Assembly (NCBI GenBank): GCA_963704165.1
Contig: CAVPHD010000006.1
Location: forward strand, 96,001-160,000
Length of the DNA: 64,000 nucleotides
Source of the DNA: an uncultured delta proteobacterium
Lineage (GTDB): Bacteria > Myxococcota_A > UBA9160 > SZUA-336
Direction: 5' to 3'
Part shown: positions 30,393 through 40,391 of the stretch, piece by piece
Numbering within the stretch: the first letter of the stretch is position 1
Layout of the letters: every line of letters begins with the position of its first letter
Program-made: the position numbers and the translations under genes
The notes under the pieces: model-generated
Database searches by the model: none
Seen by the model: only the letters and a program-made list of their open reading frames with translations
What the model was told of the DNA's origin: nothing

Positions 30393-31823
30393 GTGGCCGA
30401 TGCCGCGACGTTTCTCGATGAGCAGCGCCCGTTCAGGCGCGGCGAGATCGCGCTCGCACGGCGCGCCGTCGACGACCCGATGTTCATGCTCCCGCGTGAG
30501 CTCGACGGTCTGCGCTACGCGATCCGGCTGGCGCAGATCTCGACGCTCGGCGCCGAGCCCGATGCGCTGATCGACCGGATCGGATCGTTCCGGCTTCGGC
30601 TTCTGCAGCTGCTGGCGCCGGTGCTTCCGACCGAACCCGAGCGGATCGAAGCGAACGATCTGCACGCGCTGCTGCCGAAGGTGATTCGGCTCGTCGACGA
30701 GGCGCGCGCGCTCGTCGTCCGCTTCGGGATCGCCGACGAGGCGACGATCGACGCCGAGATCGCCGACAAGCGGCTCGTGCTCGTGCTCGGCGGAGCCGCC
30801 GGCTCCGGCTACGTCTTCCTCGGCGCGCTCGTCCGCCTCGAAGAGCTCGGGCTTCGTCCCGCCTACCAGGTCGGCTGCAGCGTCGGGTCACTGCTCGGTG
30901 TCATCCGCGGGCGGCGCGCAGACTTCGACCTCGACGAGCTGCTCGAGGACATTCACCTCCTGCGCGCGAGCGCGGTCTTCCGGCCCTCGCGGCTCGTCGC
31001 CCGTTTCGGGATGCCGGCGGCGCTCCGGCTCGATCTGCGCGGTCCCCTCGGCTCGCTCTTCACGAATGCGGAGGGTCAGGCGCTGCGACTTCGCGAGCTC
31101 GCGATCCCGACCGACGCGCTCGCGACGGGCCTGGGCCCGGGCGCGCTGCTCGGCGGGACCGGGGACTTTGCGCGCATGGTCGACGCGGAGCTCTCCGGTG
31201 CGGAGGAGCTCCGCGATCTTCCCGGATCGGTCCTTGCGCGCGCGGTCTCGGCGCTCGTCGCGCTCGCGATGAGCCGGCGCGCTCTCGTGCCGATGTTTCT
31301 CGGCGCGGACGCGGAGACGGCGGAACTGCCCGCGCTCGATGCCGCGGGCTTCTCGGCCGCAATCCCCGCGCTCCTGCAGTACGACCCACCCGAAGACGAC
31401 GCGCACGCTGCGCGGATCCTGAAGCGGATCTTCGACGAGCACCGTCTCTCCGCGCTCGTCGACGGCTCGCTCGCGAGCCTGGTTCCCGCGCGCTACGCCT
31501 GGGAGGCGATCGAAGCCGGGCGCATCGGCACGCGGCACACGGCGATCGTCGCGCTCGACGCGCTCGCCTCGGGCACCGGCACGAACGCCGTCTTCGCGCC
31601 CGCGCTTCGCGCGCTCTCGGGCACCGCCCACCGCGACAAGCCGTTCTGGGATCTGCACGTCGCGTTCCGGCGTCCGCCGCCGTTGCTCGAGATGTTCCCG
31701 ACCGAGGCGCGGTTGCGCGCCGCGTCGAGGCACGGCGAACGCGAGTTCGAGCCGACCTCGCGAATCCTCCGCGCGTTGCTCGCGCCGCTCCCGGCCTGGC
31801 GCGAGCTCAGGACGGTGTCTTGA
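30393..31823 (+). CDS. Patatin-like phospholipase with N-terminal extension
   Basis: Gly-rich LGGAAGSG, nucleophile GCSVG, SAAIP, DGS. Confidence 0.8.
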   Translation: MADAATFLDEQRPFRRGEIALARRAVDDPMFMLPRELDGLRYAIRLAQISTLGAEPDALIDRIGSFRLRLLQLLAPVLPTEPERIEANDLHALLPKVIRLVDEARALVVRFGIADEATIDAEIADKRLVLVLGGAAGSGYVFLGALVRLEELGLRPAYQVGCSVGSLLGVIRGRRADFDLDELLEDIHLLRASAVFRPSRLVARFGMPAALRLDLRGPLGSLFTNAEGQALRLRELAIPTDALATGLGPGALLGGTGDFARMVDAELSGAEELRDLPGSVLARAVSALVALAMSRRALVPMFLGADAETAELPALDAAGFSAAIPALLQYDPPEDDAHAARILKRIFDEHRLSALVDGSLASLVPARYAWEAIEAGRIGTRHTAIVALDALASGTGTNAVFAPALRALSGTAHRDKPFWDLHVAFRRPPPLLEMFPTEARLRAASRHGEREFEPTSRILRALLAPLPAWRELRTVS

Positions 31824-33510
31824 GCCGTTCGATCTCGCGCGAGAGGATCTGCCGCGTGATCGCGATCGCGCAGGCGTAGGTCGAGTCGGTGCCGAAGCTG
31901 CCGAGGCTCTTCGACAGGAGTGACTGGCGGCGGCTGTACGGAGTGTCCGACGCGTAGTGCAGGATCCCGACGGCGGCGCTCGTCCGCTCGGAGAGGCTCA
32001 CGACCTCGTCGGTCGGGTGACGGCGTGGATCGACGAGCTCGTAGACCGCGGACAGATACGGTCCCGCCTCCATCTCGAGCACGGTGTATCCCTCGCGGTA
32101 GAACACGCCCATGTAGTTCGGGTTCTGCAGGAACGCGCCGCGCACGGTGACGGCCTTCTGGTTGTCGAGCACGCTGCCGTGACGAAGCCACGGCGCCACG
32201 TCCTCGAAGCCGAATGCGTTTCGCAGCAGGTAGGTGTTGTCGGAATGCTCGTCGTGCACGACGCGCGAGATCATGACGTCGCCGACCTGCCCGTTCAGCG
32301 TCGCCGCCTTGCCCATCACGTACAGACCGAGAAGCGGTCCCGCGCCCTGACCGAGCCGTGAGAGCAGGTGATACGCGGCCCGCCCGAGCGGATAGTCGAT
32401 GTTGACGATTCTCGCGTCGCTCGCGCGCAGGGTTTCGAGTCCGGGCATGCGCAGCCGCGGATCGAATCGCTCGGGACGCAGCCTCGCGAGGTCGATCACC
32501 TGGCCCTGCACGTCGATCCGCGCGGCGTCGCCCGCGCTCTCGATCCCCGACTCGGCGTCCCAGCCCTGAACGCGCTCGAGCGCGTCGGGGTGGGAGTGCA
32601 GGTAGCTGCGCAGCGCGAAGTAGAACAGGTTCGGCGCGGCCGGTGAGCCGTCTTCGAGCTTCAGCTCGAGCTCGGGAAGCGACTCGGCGCGCGGGTCGCG
32701 ACGCGCGGCCGCGATCAGCTCCTCGCGATGCGCGAGCGCGTAGCCCCCGAGCAGGTTCGCGAGCGAGTGCGTGTTCGACGAGACGAAGTAGACCGGCGGA
32801 GGCTGGGCCGGCGCGGCGCGCAGGTACACGCGTTCGATGTCCTGCCACCAGTCGTCCGCAGCCCGCTGGTAGGCGGAGAAGGAGCCCGCGAGCAGTCGCA
32901 CGCGGAGGTCGAGCCTGCGCGTGGCGATCGCTTCGAATACCGAATCCGGCTCGGCGCCGAGCGCCTCGCGCAGACGCAGGAAGTCGACGTCCGAGAGGCC
33001 GAGCGCACTCGCCAGATCCCGGGACTTCGGTTCGGGAGCGCGCCCGTCGCGCGCGACTTCGCCCGAAGCGATCCGCTCGTGCATCTTGTTCCACTCGATC
33101 TGGTACGCGGTGAGGATCGGCACGAGGTCGTCGATGTCCGACGTGCTCGCGACGTAGGCCGCGAGCACGTCCATGCCGTCCCAACGCAGAAGCCGCCTTC
33201 GACCGCGCGTACGCACGCGCGCCCAGCTTCCCGCGGCAAAACCGAACGCGGCGTAGGTCTCGTCGCTCTGCCCGAGCACGACGCGCGACACCTTCGGCAT
33301 GCACTCGGGCAGACGCACCGCGGCGTAGCCGAAGGCTCCGACATCGACCGCGGCCTCGCGCGCGCCGAGGTGGAGGCTCGAGTTCGAGAACGAATGCGCC
33401 TCCTCGAACGCGCGCACGCGGACCTCGCCGGAGCTGCGCAGGAGCGAGTAGACCGTGCGCAGGTAGAGGTCGATCTCGTTGGTCGTGGTATCGGGTTTCT
33501 GCCGTTCCAT
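31807..33510 (-). CDS. Conserved hypothetical protein (DUF6909-like) with nucleoside phosphorylase-like C-terminus
   Basis: 567-aa ORF; SSNTHS, IDYPLG, YVMGKAATL.G.VGD, EMEAGP, HYASDTP. Confidence 0.7.
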   Translation of the reverse strand: MERQKPDTTTNEIDLYLRTVYSLLRSSGEVRVRAFEEAHSFSNSSLHLGAREAAVDVGAFGYAAVRLPECMPKVSRVVLGQSDETYAAFGFAAGSWARVRTRGRRRLLRWDGMDVLAAYVASTSDIDDLVPILTAYQIEWNKMHERIASGEVARDGRAPEPKSRDLASALGLSDVDFLRLREALGAEPDSVFEAIATRRLDLRVRLLAGSFSAYQRAADDWWQDIERVYLRAAPAQPPPVYFVSSNTHSLANLLGGYALAHREELIAAARRDPRAESLPELELKLEDGSPAAPNLFYFALRSYLHSHPDALERVQGWDAESGIESAGDAARIDVQGQVIDLARLRPERFDPRLRMPGLETLRASDARIVNIDYPLGRAAYHLLSRLGQGAGPLLGLYVMGKAATLNGQVGDVMISRVVHDEHSDNTYLLRNAFGFEDVAPWLRHGSVLDNQKAVTVRGAFLQNPNYMGVFYREGYTVLEMEAGPYLSAVYELVDPRRHPTDEVVSLSERTSAAVGILHYASDTPYSRRQSLLSKSLGSFGTDSTYACAIAITRQILSREIERLKTPS

Positions 33511-33581
33511 CCCTGCCCCGATCGGAGTACGCGCCAATCTACCAAAGCTCCGGGAATGCTCCCGCGTGTATGATGGCCCGC

Positions 33582-35009
33582 ATGAAGGACTACGAGTCGT
33601 ACGACGCGTTGGGGCTGGCGGAGCTGGTGCGCAAGGGCGAGACGAGTGCAGAGGAGCTGCTCGGCGAAGCGCTCGAGCGGATCGAGGCGCGCAACCCGGC
33701 GCTCGGCGCCGTGAACATGGTCTGGGCCGACCACGCGCGCGCGGCCATCCGCGCCGGTCTTCCCGACGGCCCGTTTCGCGGCGTCCCCTATCTGCTGAAG
33801 GATCTGCACGCGCAGGTCGCGGGCATGCCGCTCTCGTTCGGATCGCGGCTGTTCTCGAGCTTCGTGTCCGATTCCGACAGCGAGCTCTCGTTGCGCTACC
33901 GGCGCGCGGGGCTGGTCCTCTTCGGACGCACGGCATCACCCGAGTTCGGCCTCACCGCGACCACCGAGTCGGTCCTCTGGGGCGCGACGCGCAATCCCTG
34001 GAACCTCGAGCACACGTCCGGCGGATCGTCGGGCGGCGCGTCGGCGTCGGTCGCGTCGGGGATCCTCCCCGCCGCGCACGCAAGCGACGGCGGCGGCTCG
34101 ATCCGGATCCCGGCCTCGTGCTGCGGGCTCTTCGGAATGAAGCCGACACGCGCGCGTGTTCCTTCGGGCCCGCACCAGGGCGAGGGCTGGGGTGGCATGA
34201 GCACCGCGCACGCGGTCACGCGCTCCGTGCGCGACAGCGCCGCGCTTCTCGACGCGACCTGCGGACCCGATCTCGGCGCGCCCTATCACGCGCCCGAGCC
34301 CGAACGGCCCTACCTCGAGGAAGTCACGCGCGCGCCCGGGCGGCTCCGCATCGGACTGCAGACCGACACCTTCAACGGCGCACCGACCGACCCCGAGTGC
34401 CGCGACGCGGCGCTCGCGGCCGGGAAGCTCTGCGAGTCACTCGGGCATCACGTCGAGCCGGTCCGGCTCTCGGTCGATGCGCAAGAACTCGGCCGCGCGA
34501 CGCAGATCGTGATCGCCTCGAACGTACAGGCGACCGTCGAGGACGCCGCGATCCTGCTCGGTCGCGAGGTCAGCACGGAGCTCGTCGAGACCATCACCTA
34601 CTTCATGGTGCAGGGCGCGCGAGCAGCGACGGCGGCCGACTACGCGCGCGCGATCCGCACGATCCACGCCGCCGGGCGAACGGTCGAGAGCTTTCTCGGG
34701 CGCTACGACGTCCTGCTCTCTCCGACCATGGCGGCGCCGCCGGTGAAGATCGGCGAGCTCGCGCTCTCGAACGCGCCTTCGGCCGAGTACATTTCGCGGC
34801 TCCAGGCCGCGACCGGATTCACGCAGCTCTTCAACGCCGGGGGGCAGCCGGCGATGAGCGTGCCACTCGCATGGAGCTCGACCGGGCTTCCGCTCGGAGT
34901 CCAGTTCGCCGCGAAGTTCGGCGACGAAGCGACGCTGTACCGCCTCGCGGGACAGCTCGAACGGGCGCAGCCGTGGTGGGATCGCCGACCCGCCCTTTCG
35001 GGACGCTAG
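33582..35009 (+). CDS. Amidase-signature family amidase
   Basis: LLKDL, GGSSGG, SDGGGSIRIPA (Ser-cisSer-Lys triad). Confidence 0.95.
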   Translation: MKDYESYDALGLAELVRKGETSAEELLGEALERIEARNPALGAVNMVWADHARAAIRAGLPDGPFRGVPYLLKDLHAQVAGMPLSFGSRLFSSFVSDSDSELSLRYRRAGLVLFGRTASPEFGLTATTESVLWGATRNPWNLEHTSGGSSGGASASVASGILPAAHASDGGGSIRIPASCCGLFGMKPTRARVPSGPHQGEGWGGMSTAHAVTRSVRDSAALLDATCGPDLGAPYHAPEPERPYLEEVTRAPGRLRIGLQTDTFNGAPTDPECRDAALAAGKLCESLGHHVEPVRLSVDAQELGRATQIVIASNVQATVEDAAILLGREVSTELVETITYFMVQGARAATAADYARAIRTIHAAGRTVESFLGRYDVLLSPTMAAPPVKIGELALSNAPSAEYISRLQAATGFTQLFNAGGQPAMSVPLAWSSTGLPLGVQFAAKFGDEATLYRLAGQLERAQPWWDRRPALSGR

Positions 35010-35018
35010 ACTCCGACC

Positions 35019-36224
35019 GTGACGCGCACGCCCTGTTCGCTCGCCGCGCTCGGCCAGGTGAACGCGCTCGGCAAGACCAACGCCGAGATCGCGAAGCGGC
35101 TCTTCGCCGGCGACACCTCCGGACTCGTGCTTCGCGACGACCTCGTGCCGGATCGGCGCCTGTTCTTCGGCGCGGTTCGCGATCCGCTGCCGGAGATCCC
35201 GGCGCGGCTCGCGCGCTTCGACTGCCGGAACAACCGCCTCGCGCTCGCGGCCCTCGAGCAGATCGGCGCCGAGATCGACGCGTCCCTCTCGGCTCACGGG
35301 CGCGCGCGCGTCGGCGTCGTCGTCGGCACGAGCACGTCGGGTGTCCACGACGCCGAGCAGGCGATCGCCGTGCGCGAGCGCACCGGCCGCCTCGCGCGCG
35401 AGTTCGACTACGCGCAGCTCGAATTCGGCGGACTCGCGGGCTTCGTCGCCGAAGCCGTGGGCGCGCGCGGCCCGGCCTACACGCTCTCGACGGCGTGCTC
35501 GTCCGGAGCGCGCGCGCTCGCCTCGGCGCGAAGTCTGGTCGCGCTCGGCCTCTGCGACGCCGTGATCTCGGGGGCGTCGGACTCGCTCTGCGGACTCACC
35601 GCGAACGGCTTCGCTTCGCTCGGCGCACTCTCCGAGCGCATCACCAATCCGTGTAGCCGAAATCGCGACGGGCTCACGCTCGGCGAGGGCGCGGCGATGT
35701 TCCTGGTCACGCGCGGTCCCGGGGGCGTGCAGCTCTACGGCGTCGGCGAATCGAGCGAGGCGCACCACATCTCGGCGCCCGATCCCGAGGGAAGGGGCGC
35801 CGAGGCCGCCATGCGCGGTGCGCTTCGGGATGCCGGCCTCTCGCCGGGCGAGATCGCCTATCTGAACCTGCACGGCACCGGCACGCCGCAGAACGATCCG
35901 ATGGAGTGCGCCGCGGTCGCGCGCGTGTTCGGCACGGATCTGCCGTGCAGCTCGACGAAGGCGCTCGTCGGGCACGCGCTCGGAGCCGCGGGCGCGATCG
36001 AAGCGGCGATCTGCTGGCTCGCGCTTCGCGGGATCCGCGACGGCGAGCTGCCGCTTCCACCGCACGTCTTCGATGGCGAGCGCGATCCCGCGCTCCCGCC
36101 GATCGCCCTGGTCACGAAGTCGGCGACCGCACGCGTCGGCGCCCGCGCGCGCGTGATGACGAACTCGTTCGGCTTCGGCGGCAGCAACTGCTCGCTGGTC
36201 CTCGGCACGGACACCGCGACGTGA
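35019..36224 (+). CDS. Beta-ketoacyl-ACP synthase, aryl polyene ApeO-like
   Basis: TACSSG (Cys), HGTGT and GHALG (His-His), RNNRL, GTSTSG, NSFGFGGSN. Confidence 0.92.
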   Translation: MTRTPCSLAALGQVNALGKTNAEIAKRLFAGDTSGLVLRDDLVPDRRLFFGAVRDPLPEIPARLARFDCRNNRLALAALEQIGAEIDASLSAHGRARVGVVVGTSTSGVHDAEQAIAVRERTGRLAREFDYAQLEFGGLAGFVAEAVGARGPAYTLSTACSSGARALASARSLVALGLCDAVISGASDSLCGLTANGFASLGALSERITNPCSRNRDGLTLGEGAAMFLVTRGPGGVQLYGVGESSEAHHISAPDPEGRGAEAAMRGALRDAGLSPGEIAYLNLHGTGTPQNDPMECAAVARVFGTDLPCSSTKALVGHALGAAGAIEAAICWLALRGIRDGELPLPPHVFDGERDPALPPIALVTKSATARVGARARVMTNSFGFGGSNCSLVLGTDTAT

Positions 36225-36949
36225 ACGTCTCGCTCACGCGCTGGGCGGCCTGGGCGCCGGGCATCGAGACGCGCGAAGGCTGGAGCGCGTGGGCGCAGGC
36301 GCCGACCGCGCTCGCTGCGGAAGGCGTGCCCGACGCGAGCTTTCTGCCCGCCATGCTGCGGCGCCGCTGCACGCCGCTCACGCGCACGATGCTCGCGGCC
36401 GCGTGGGGCTGCCTCGAGACCGAGGAGCTGCCGCGATTGCGCAGCGTTTTCGCGTCGCGCCACGGCTCGATCAACGAGTCGATCGGCCTGCTCGAGAACG
36501 TCGTGCGCCGCGAGAAGCTCTCGCCCGCGATCTTCAGCCACACCGTGCACAACGCGCAGGCGGCGCTCTTCTCGATCGCTTCCGGGAACACCGCGGCCTC
36601 GAGCTCCCTCTCGGCGCAGGAGGACACCTGGGTTTGCGCGTTCGTCGAGGCGCTGACGCTGCTCGAGCGCGATCCGAGCGCGCCGGTGCTGGTGGTGATC
36701 GGCGACGTTCCGCTCGCCGACACCTTCGCGCCGCTCGTCGACGAGCCCGCCCTGCCCTACGCATTTGCGTGTCGGCTCGCCAGCGCCGGGAACGGACCGG
36801 GAATCGAGCTCTCGCTCACCGAAGCGACCGAACCTCTTCCCCGCCCGCCCTGGCCGCACGCGCTCGAGTTCCTGCGCTGGTGGCTCGCAGGCGAGCCCGA
36901 GCTCGTCCAGGGCTCGCGCGGAACGCGCTACACGTTCCGGCGGATCTAG
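36221..36949 (+). CDS. Ketosynthase chain-length factor, ApeC-like
   Basis: PAMLRRR, FASRHG, LSPAIFS.TVHNA; no catalytic Cys; GTGA-coupled to the KS. Confidence 0.88.
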   Translation: MNVSLTRWAAWAPGIETREGWSAWAQAPTALAAEGVPDASFLPAMLRRRCTPLTRTMLAAAWGCLETEELPRLRSVFASRHGSINESIGLLENVVRREKLSPAIFSHTVHNAQAALFSIASGNTAASSSLSAQEDTWVCAFVEALTLLERDPSAPVLVVIGDVPLADTFAPLVDEPALPYAFACRLASAGNGPGIELSLTEATEPLPRPPWPHALEFLRWWLAGEPELVQGSRGTRYTFRRI

Positions 36950-37650
36950 GGCGGGATCCCGAGCGAGATCCGCCGCGCGCGACGATAAGCGTTCGAACGC
37001 CGGCCCATCTCGGTGTTCTCCGCAGGAAGCCAGCGCGCGAGCCAACGGTCGAGCGGACCGTCGCCGTAGAGGCGGAAGTAGAGCTTTCGGACGACGAAGT
37101 CGGTTCCGGCGACCAGCGCCATCGCGAGCCAGACGATCCATCCGGTGAACGCCTGCCAGTATTCGAGCGTCGCGGCGAGCGAGAGCGCGACGATCGCGAG
37201 CGCGTTCGCGAGGAAGAGGCCGGCCCAGAGCCGTGTCGATGTGCGGCAATACGGCCGGATGAAGTCGGGCGCGTAGGGCTGGATCGCGAAGGCGACGCGC
37301 TCGAAGATCGAATCGCCCGAACGCACGCTGCGCCAGAAGATGCGCGCGAGAGCGAGCTGCACGAACGCCGGAACGAGAAGCAGGAAGACGCGCTCGCCGC
37401 TCAGCGCCGACGCCCCGACCAGGGTGATCAACGCCAGCGAATCGGAGCGGCCCAGAGCGAGATCGCGCGGGACCGCGCGGCCGAGCGCGACCAGCGAGCC
37501 GATCGAGACGAAGAGGAGCGCGCTCGAGAGCGCGCGCACGCCGAAGCGATCGACCAGCCAGCTCGAGCCGAGCGGCCAGACGAAGGCCAAGACCACCACC
37601 GCGACGCCCGCCGCCAGTTGACGCGCGCTCGGGCGAAGCAGCTCAGACAA
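36946..37650 (-). CDS. COG4648-type membrane protein (ApeG-like)
   Basis: Multi-TM; F..S....SI.ER.A, YCR..T.LW..F..N, W..FTG; cluster context. Confidence 0.75.
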   Translation of the reverse strand: MSELLRPSARQLAAGVAVVVLAFVWPLGSSWLVDRFGVRALSSALLFVSIGSLVALGRAVPRDLALGRSDSLALITLVGASALSGERVFLLLVPAFVQLALARIFWRSVRSGDSIFERVAFAIQPYAPDFIRPYCRTSTRLWAGLFLANALAIVALSLAATLEYWQAFTGWIVWLAMALVAGTDFVVRKLYFRLYGDGPLDRWLARWLPAENTEMGRRSNAYRRARRISLGIPP

Positions 37651-39211
37651 GGGAGTCGGCGGACAGGAGCGCCGAGAGCGACAGCATCCGGTCGGGATCG
37701 CGACCGGGCTCGGGACCGAGCAGGTGCAGCGCCCGCGCTCGGACGGCGTTGAAGATCTCCTCGGTCTTCTCGAGCACCTCGCGTCGCGATCGCGCGAGAC
37801 CGACGCGCTCGAGGAAGTCGAGGCTCTCGAGCCCGGGCGTGAACTCGCCCCGGTTCATGCGCCAGAACTCGCCGCGGGCGTGCAGCGCGTTGGACACCTC
37901 GCGAAAGAGCGCGTTGAAATTCCCGAGCGCGCGCAGGATCAGAGGCGCCATGCGCAGCTGACGGCGCAGCCAGCGCGGGTCGAGGTGCTCGTCGCGAAGA
38001 TACGGAGAGACCCAGAGGTTGTAGTAGCAGCCGATGTCGAAGTCCCACTTCAGCCGGCCGAGCTCGTAGCTGCCGAAGGTCTCGTAGAGATCGCGATACA
38101 GCGCGAGCGTCGCCTCGTGGCGGAATTTCATGAATCCGTCGTAGAGCTCGCAGCGCTCCTCGATCTCGGTCGCGGGAGCGCCGGCGAAATCGCGTCCGAT
38201 CAGATCCGCGAGGAAGTCGTTCTCGTGCGCGATGAAGTCCGTGCCGGGGCTGTAGAGCGGATCCGCGGCGCTCGCGGACTCGCCGGTGAGCCCCCAGCGG
38301 TCCGGCGAGAAGAACCGCCGCGTCCCGTAGGCGATCTGCGCGTAGCTGCCGACGTCGAGCCCCTTCGCGCCGCGCAGCAGTTGCGCGATCGCCGCGTGCG
38401 AGTCGAGGAACGCGCGAAAACCCTCGGGGCTGCGCAAGGCGCTCTCGTCGCGGCCCGTTCGACCCGTGACGCCGACGCTCGTGATTCCGTCGTGGAGCGG
38501 AATGAACCAGATCCAGTAGCCGGGATAGAAGAAGTGGATCGTCGAGAGAAAGCGCGAGGAGTACCGGACGCGCGCGCGCCACGCCTCGGGGCCGAGATCA
38601 TCGACGTCGGCCACACCCTCGAAGCGGCCCCAGACCGAGCCGACGCGGTGGACATTCTCGCGCTCGCGCAGACCGAGCTTGCGTGCGAGCAGATCGGAGC
38701 GCCCGGCGGCGTCGACGAGCCAGCGCGCGGCATGACGCCGCGTGCCCGACTTCCCGGAGATCTCGAAGACGTGCGGGGCGCCGCCGCTGCCGATCTCGAG
38801 CGGCCGCGCGCGCACGCCAACGTGAACGTCGACGCCCGCGCTGCGGTTCATCGCGAGCAGATCCGCCTCGAAAAGCGAGCGATCGATCTGAAACGCGGGA
38901 TGGAACGGCAGATTGATCGGGCCGATCTCGCTCATCTCCCAGAGTGGAAGCGAGCGCGCCTCGTCGTCGAAGAAGTACCGCAGGCCGTTCTTCGGGAAGT
39001 GACGGTCGTAGAGGTAGCGCGAGAGCCCGAGGCGCTTCACCAGGTAGTGGCTGCCGATCTCGACGACCGATTCGCCGACCTTCCAGCTCGACTCGGTCGA
39101 GCTCTCGAAGAGGCCGATACGAAGCCCGGGTGCCGTGCGCGAGAGCTGGCGCGCCAGCAGGTTTCCAGCCAGCCCTCCGCCGAGGATCGCGACGTCGAGA
39201 TCCGCGCTCAT
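37643..39211 (-). CDS. Flavin-dependent halogenase, xanthomonadin-halogenase-like
   Basis: GGGLAG, KVGES.VEIG.HY, putative catalytic Lys in FPKNGLRYFF, WIWFIP, DPLYSPG.DF. Confidence 0.8.
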   Translation of the reverse strand: MSADLDVAILGGGLAGNLLARQLSRTAPGLRIGLFESSTESSWKVGESVVEIGSHYLVKRLGLSRYLYDRHFPKNGLRYFFDDEARSLPLWEMSEIGPINLPFHPAFQIDRSLFEADLLAMNRSAGVDVHVGVRARPLEIGSGGAPHVFEISGKSGTRRHAARWLVDAAGRSDLLARKLGLRERENVHRVGSVWGRFEGVADVDDLGPEAWRARVRYSSRFLSTIHFFYPGYWIWFIPLHDGITSVGVTGRTGRDESALRSPEGFRAFLDSHAAIAQLLRGAKGLDVGSYAQIAYGTRRFFSPDRWGLTGESASAADPLYSPGTDFIAHENDFLADLIGRDFAGAPATEIEERCELYDGFMKFRHEATLALYRDLYETFGSYELGRLKWDFDIGCYYNLWVSPYLRDEHLDPRWLRRQLRMAPLILRALGNFNALFREVSNALHARGEFWRMNRGEFTPGLESLDFLERVGLARSRREVLEKTEEIFNAVRARALHLLGPEPGRDPDRMLSLSALLSADSLV

Positions 39212-39936
39212 AGCATGCCCCCGTTCACCGAGATGACCTGGCCCGTGATGTAGCCCGCACCGTCGCTGAACAGATACACGACGAGCGACGCGACCTCATC
39301 CGGCCGGCCGAGCCGCTGCATCGGCACGAGCTTCGAGAGCTCGGCCACCGGCGCGCCCGCGAGCATCTCCGTATCGACCAAGCCCGGCGCGACGCAGTTC
39401 ACCGTGATCTCGCGCTTGGCGAGCTCTTGCGCGAGCGATTTGGTCGCCCCGATCAAGCCCGCCTTCGAGGCCGCGTAGTTGACCTGGCCGCGATTCCCGG
39501 CGAGACCGGCGATCGACGAGATCGCGACGATCCGGCCACCCTCGTGCATCCGCACGAGCGGCATCACGAGCGGCCGGAGCACGTTGTAGAAGCCGTCGAG
39601 ATTCGTGCGCAGAACCCGATCCCACGCTTCCCCGGACATCGCGGGGAAGGCCGCATCGGAGTGGATTCCGGCCGCCAGCACCACGCCCCAGCACGCGCCG
39701 TGCGCGCGGACGTCCGACTCGAGCGCGCGCGCCGATTCCGCGCGGTCGGCCACGTCGAAGCGCAGCGGCACGGCTTTGCGCCCGAGCGCGCGCACCTCGA
39801 AAGCGAGCGACTCGGCATCGGCATCGCTCTCCCGGTAGCCGAGCGCGAGGTCGAAGCCGGCCCGACCGAGCCCGAGCGCGATCGCGCGGCCGATGCCGCG
39901 GCTCGCGCCGGTGACGAGAACGCGCCGGGCGCTCAT
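39208..39936 (-). CDS. fabG: 3-oxoacyl-ACP reductase (ApeQ-like)
   Basis: TGASRGIG, D.AFPAM, NLDGFYNVL, GNRGQVNYAASK, VISVNGGM. Confidence 0.92.
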   Translation of the reverse strand: MSARRVLVTGASRGIGRAIALGLGRAGFDLALGYRESDADAESLAFEVRALGRKAVPLRFDVADRAESARALESDVRAHGACWGVVLAAGIHSDAAFPAMSGEAWDRVLRTNLDGFYNVLRPLVMPLVRMHEGGRIVAISSIAGLAGNRGQVNYAASKAGLIGATKSLAQELAKREITVNCVAPGLVDTEMLAGAPVAELSKLVPMQRLGRPDEVASLVVYLFSDGAGYITGQVISVNGGML

Positions 39937-40391
39937 CCGCGCGCACCGATCTGCGTCGCGAGCGCACCGGAGACGTAGACCGAGAGCGACCCGCTCGCGA
40001 CGGAGTCCCGCCCCCGGCGCAGCGCACACGCGAACGTCGCGAGTGCGCCCGCGCTGCCCGTGAAGCGCGCTTCCACTTCGAGCGTCTCGCCCGGGTCGAA
40101 GTCGAAGCGCTCGAACTCGATGCGCTTCGCGCCGACGAGCATTCCCGGCGACGGATTCCGTCCCGAGGCGCGCGCGATCAGTCCACCGTGCGCGGCGATG
40201 CACTGCGCCATCCACTCGAGGGCGAGCCAGCCCGGCAGCCTTCCCCGCGAATCACGGAAGAGCTCGCTCGCGTCGGTTTCGAGTTCGCAGACGGTGAGCT
40301 CCGGTTCGTGCGAGAGCACGCGCGAGAGCAGGAGCATCGGCTCCGCGTGTGGCAGCAGCTCGGCCAGCTCCGGAAACCCGGAAACGCTCAC
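39933..40391 (-). CDS. Hotdog dehydratase subunit (ApeP-like)
   Basis: LLPH..PM.LL, LEWMAQ.IAA.GG, GMLVG. Confidence 0.88.
   Translation of the reverse strand: MSVSGFPELAELLPHAEPMLLLSRVLSHEPELTVCELETDASELFRDSRGRLPGWLALEWMAQCIAAHGGLIARASGRNPSPGMLVGAKRIEFERFDFDPGETLEVEARFTGSAGALATFACALRRGRDSVASGSLSVYVSGALATQIGARG

Noticed and set aside
30393..33510. Patatin plus nucleosidase-like gene as a CBASS-type defence system
   Set aside because: Genes are convergent, and no cyclase (CD-NTase) or sensor domain is visible
33582..35009. Amidase as a firm member of the biosynthetic cluster
   Set aside because: Only 9 bp from the KS, but the KS seems to have its own leaderless promoter and the amidase looks generic; left undecided
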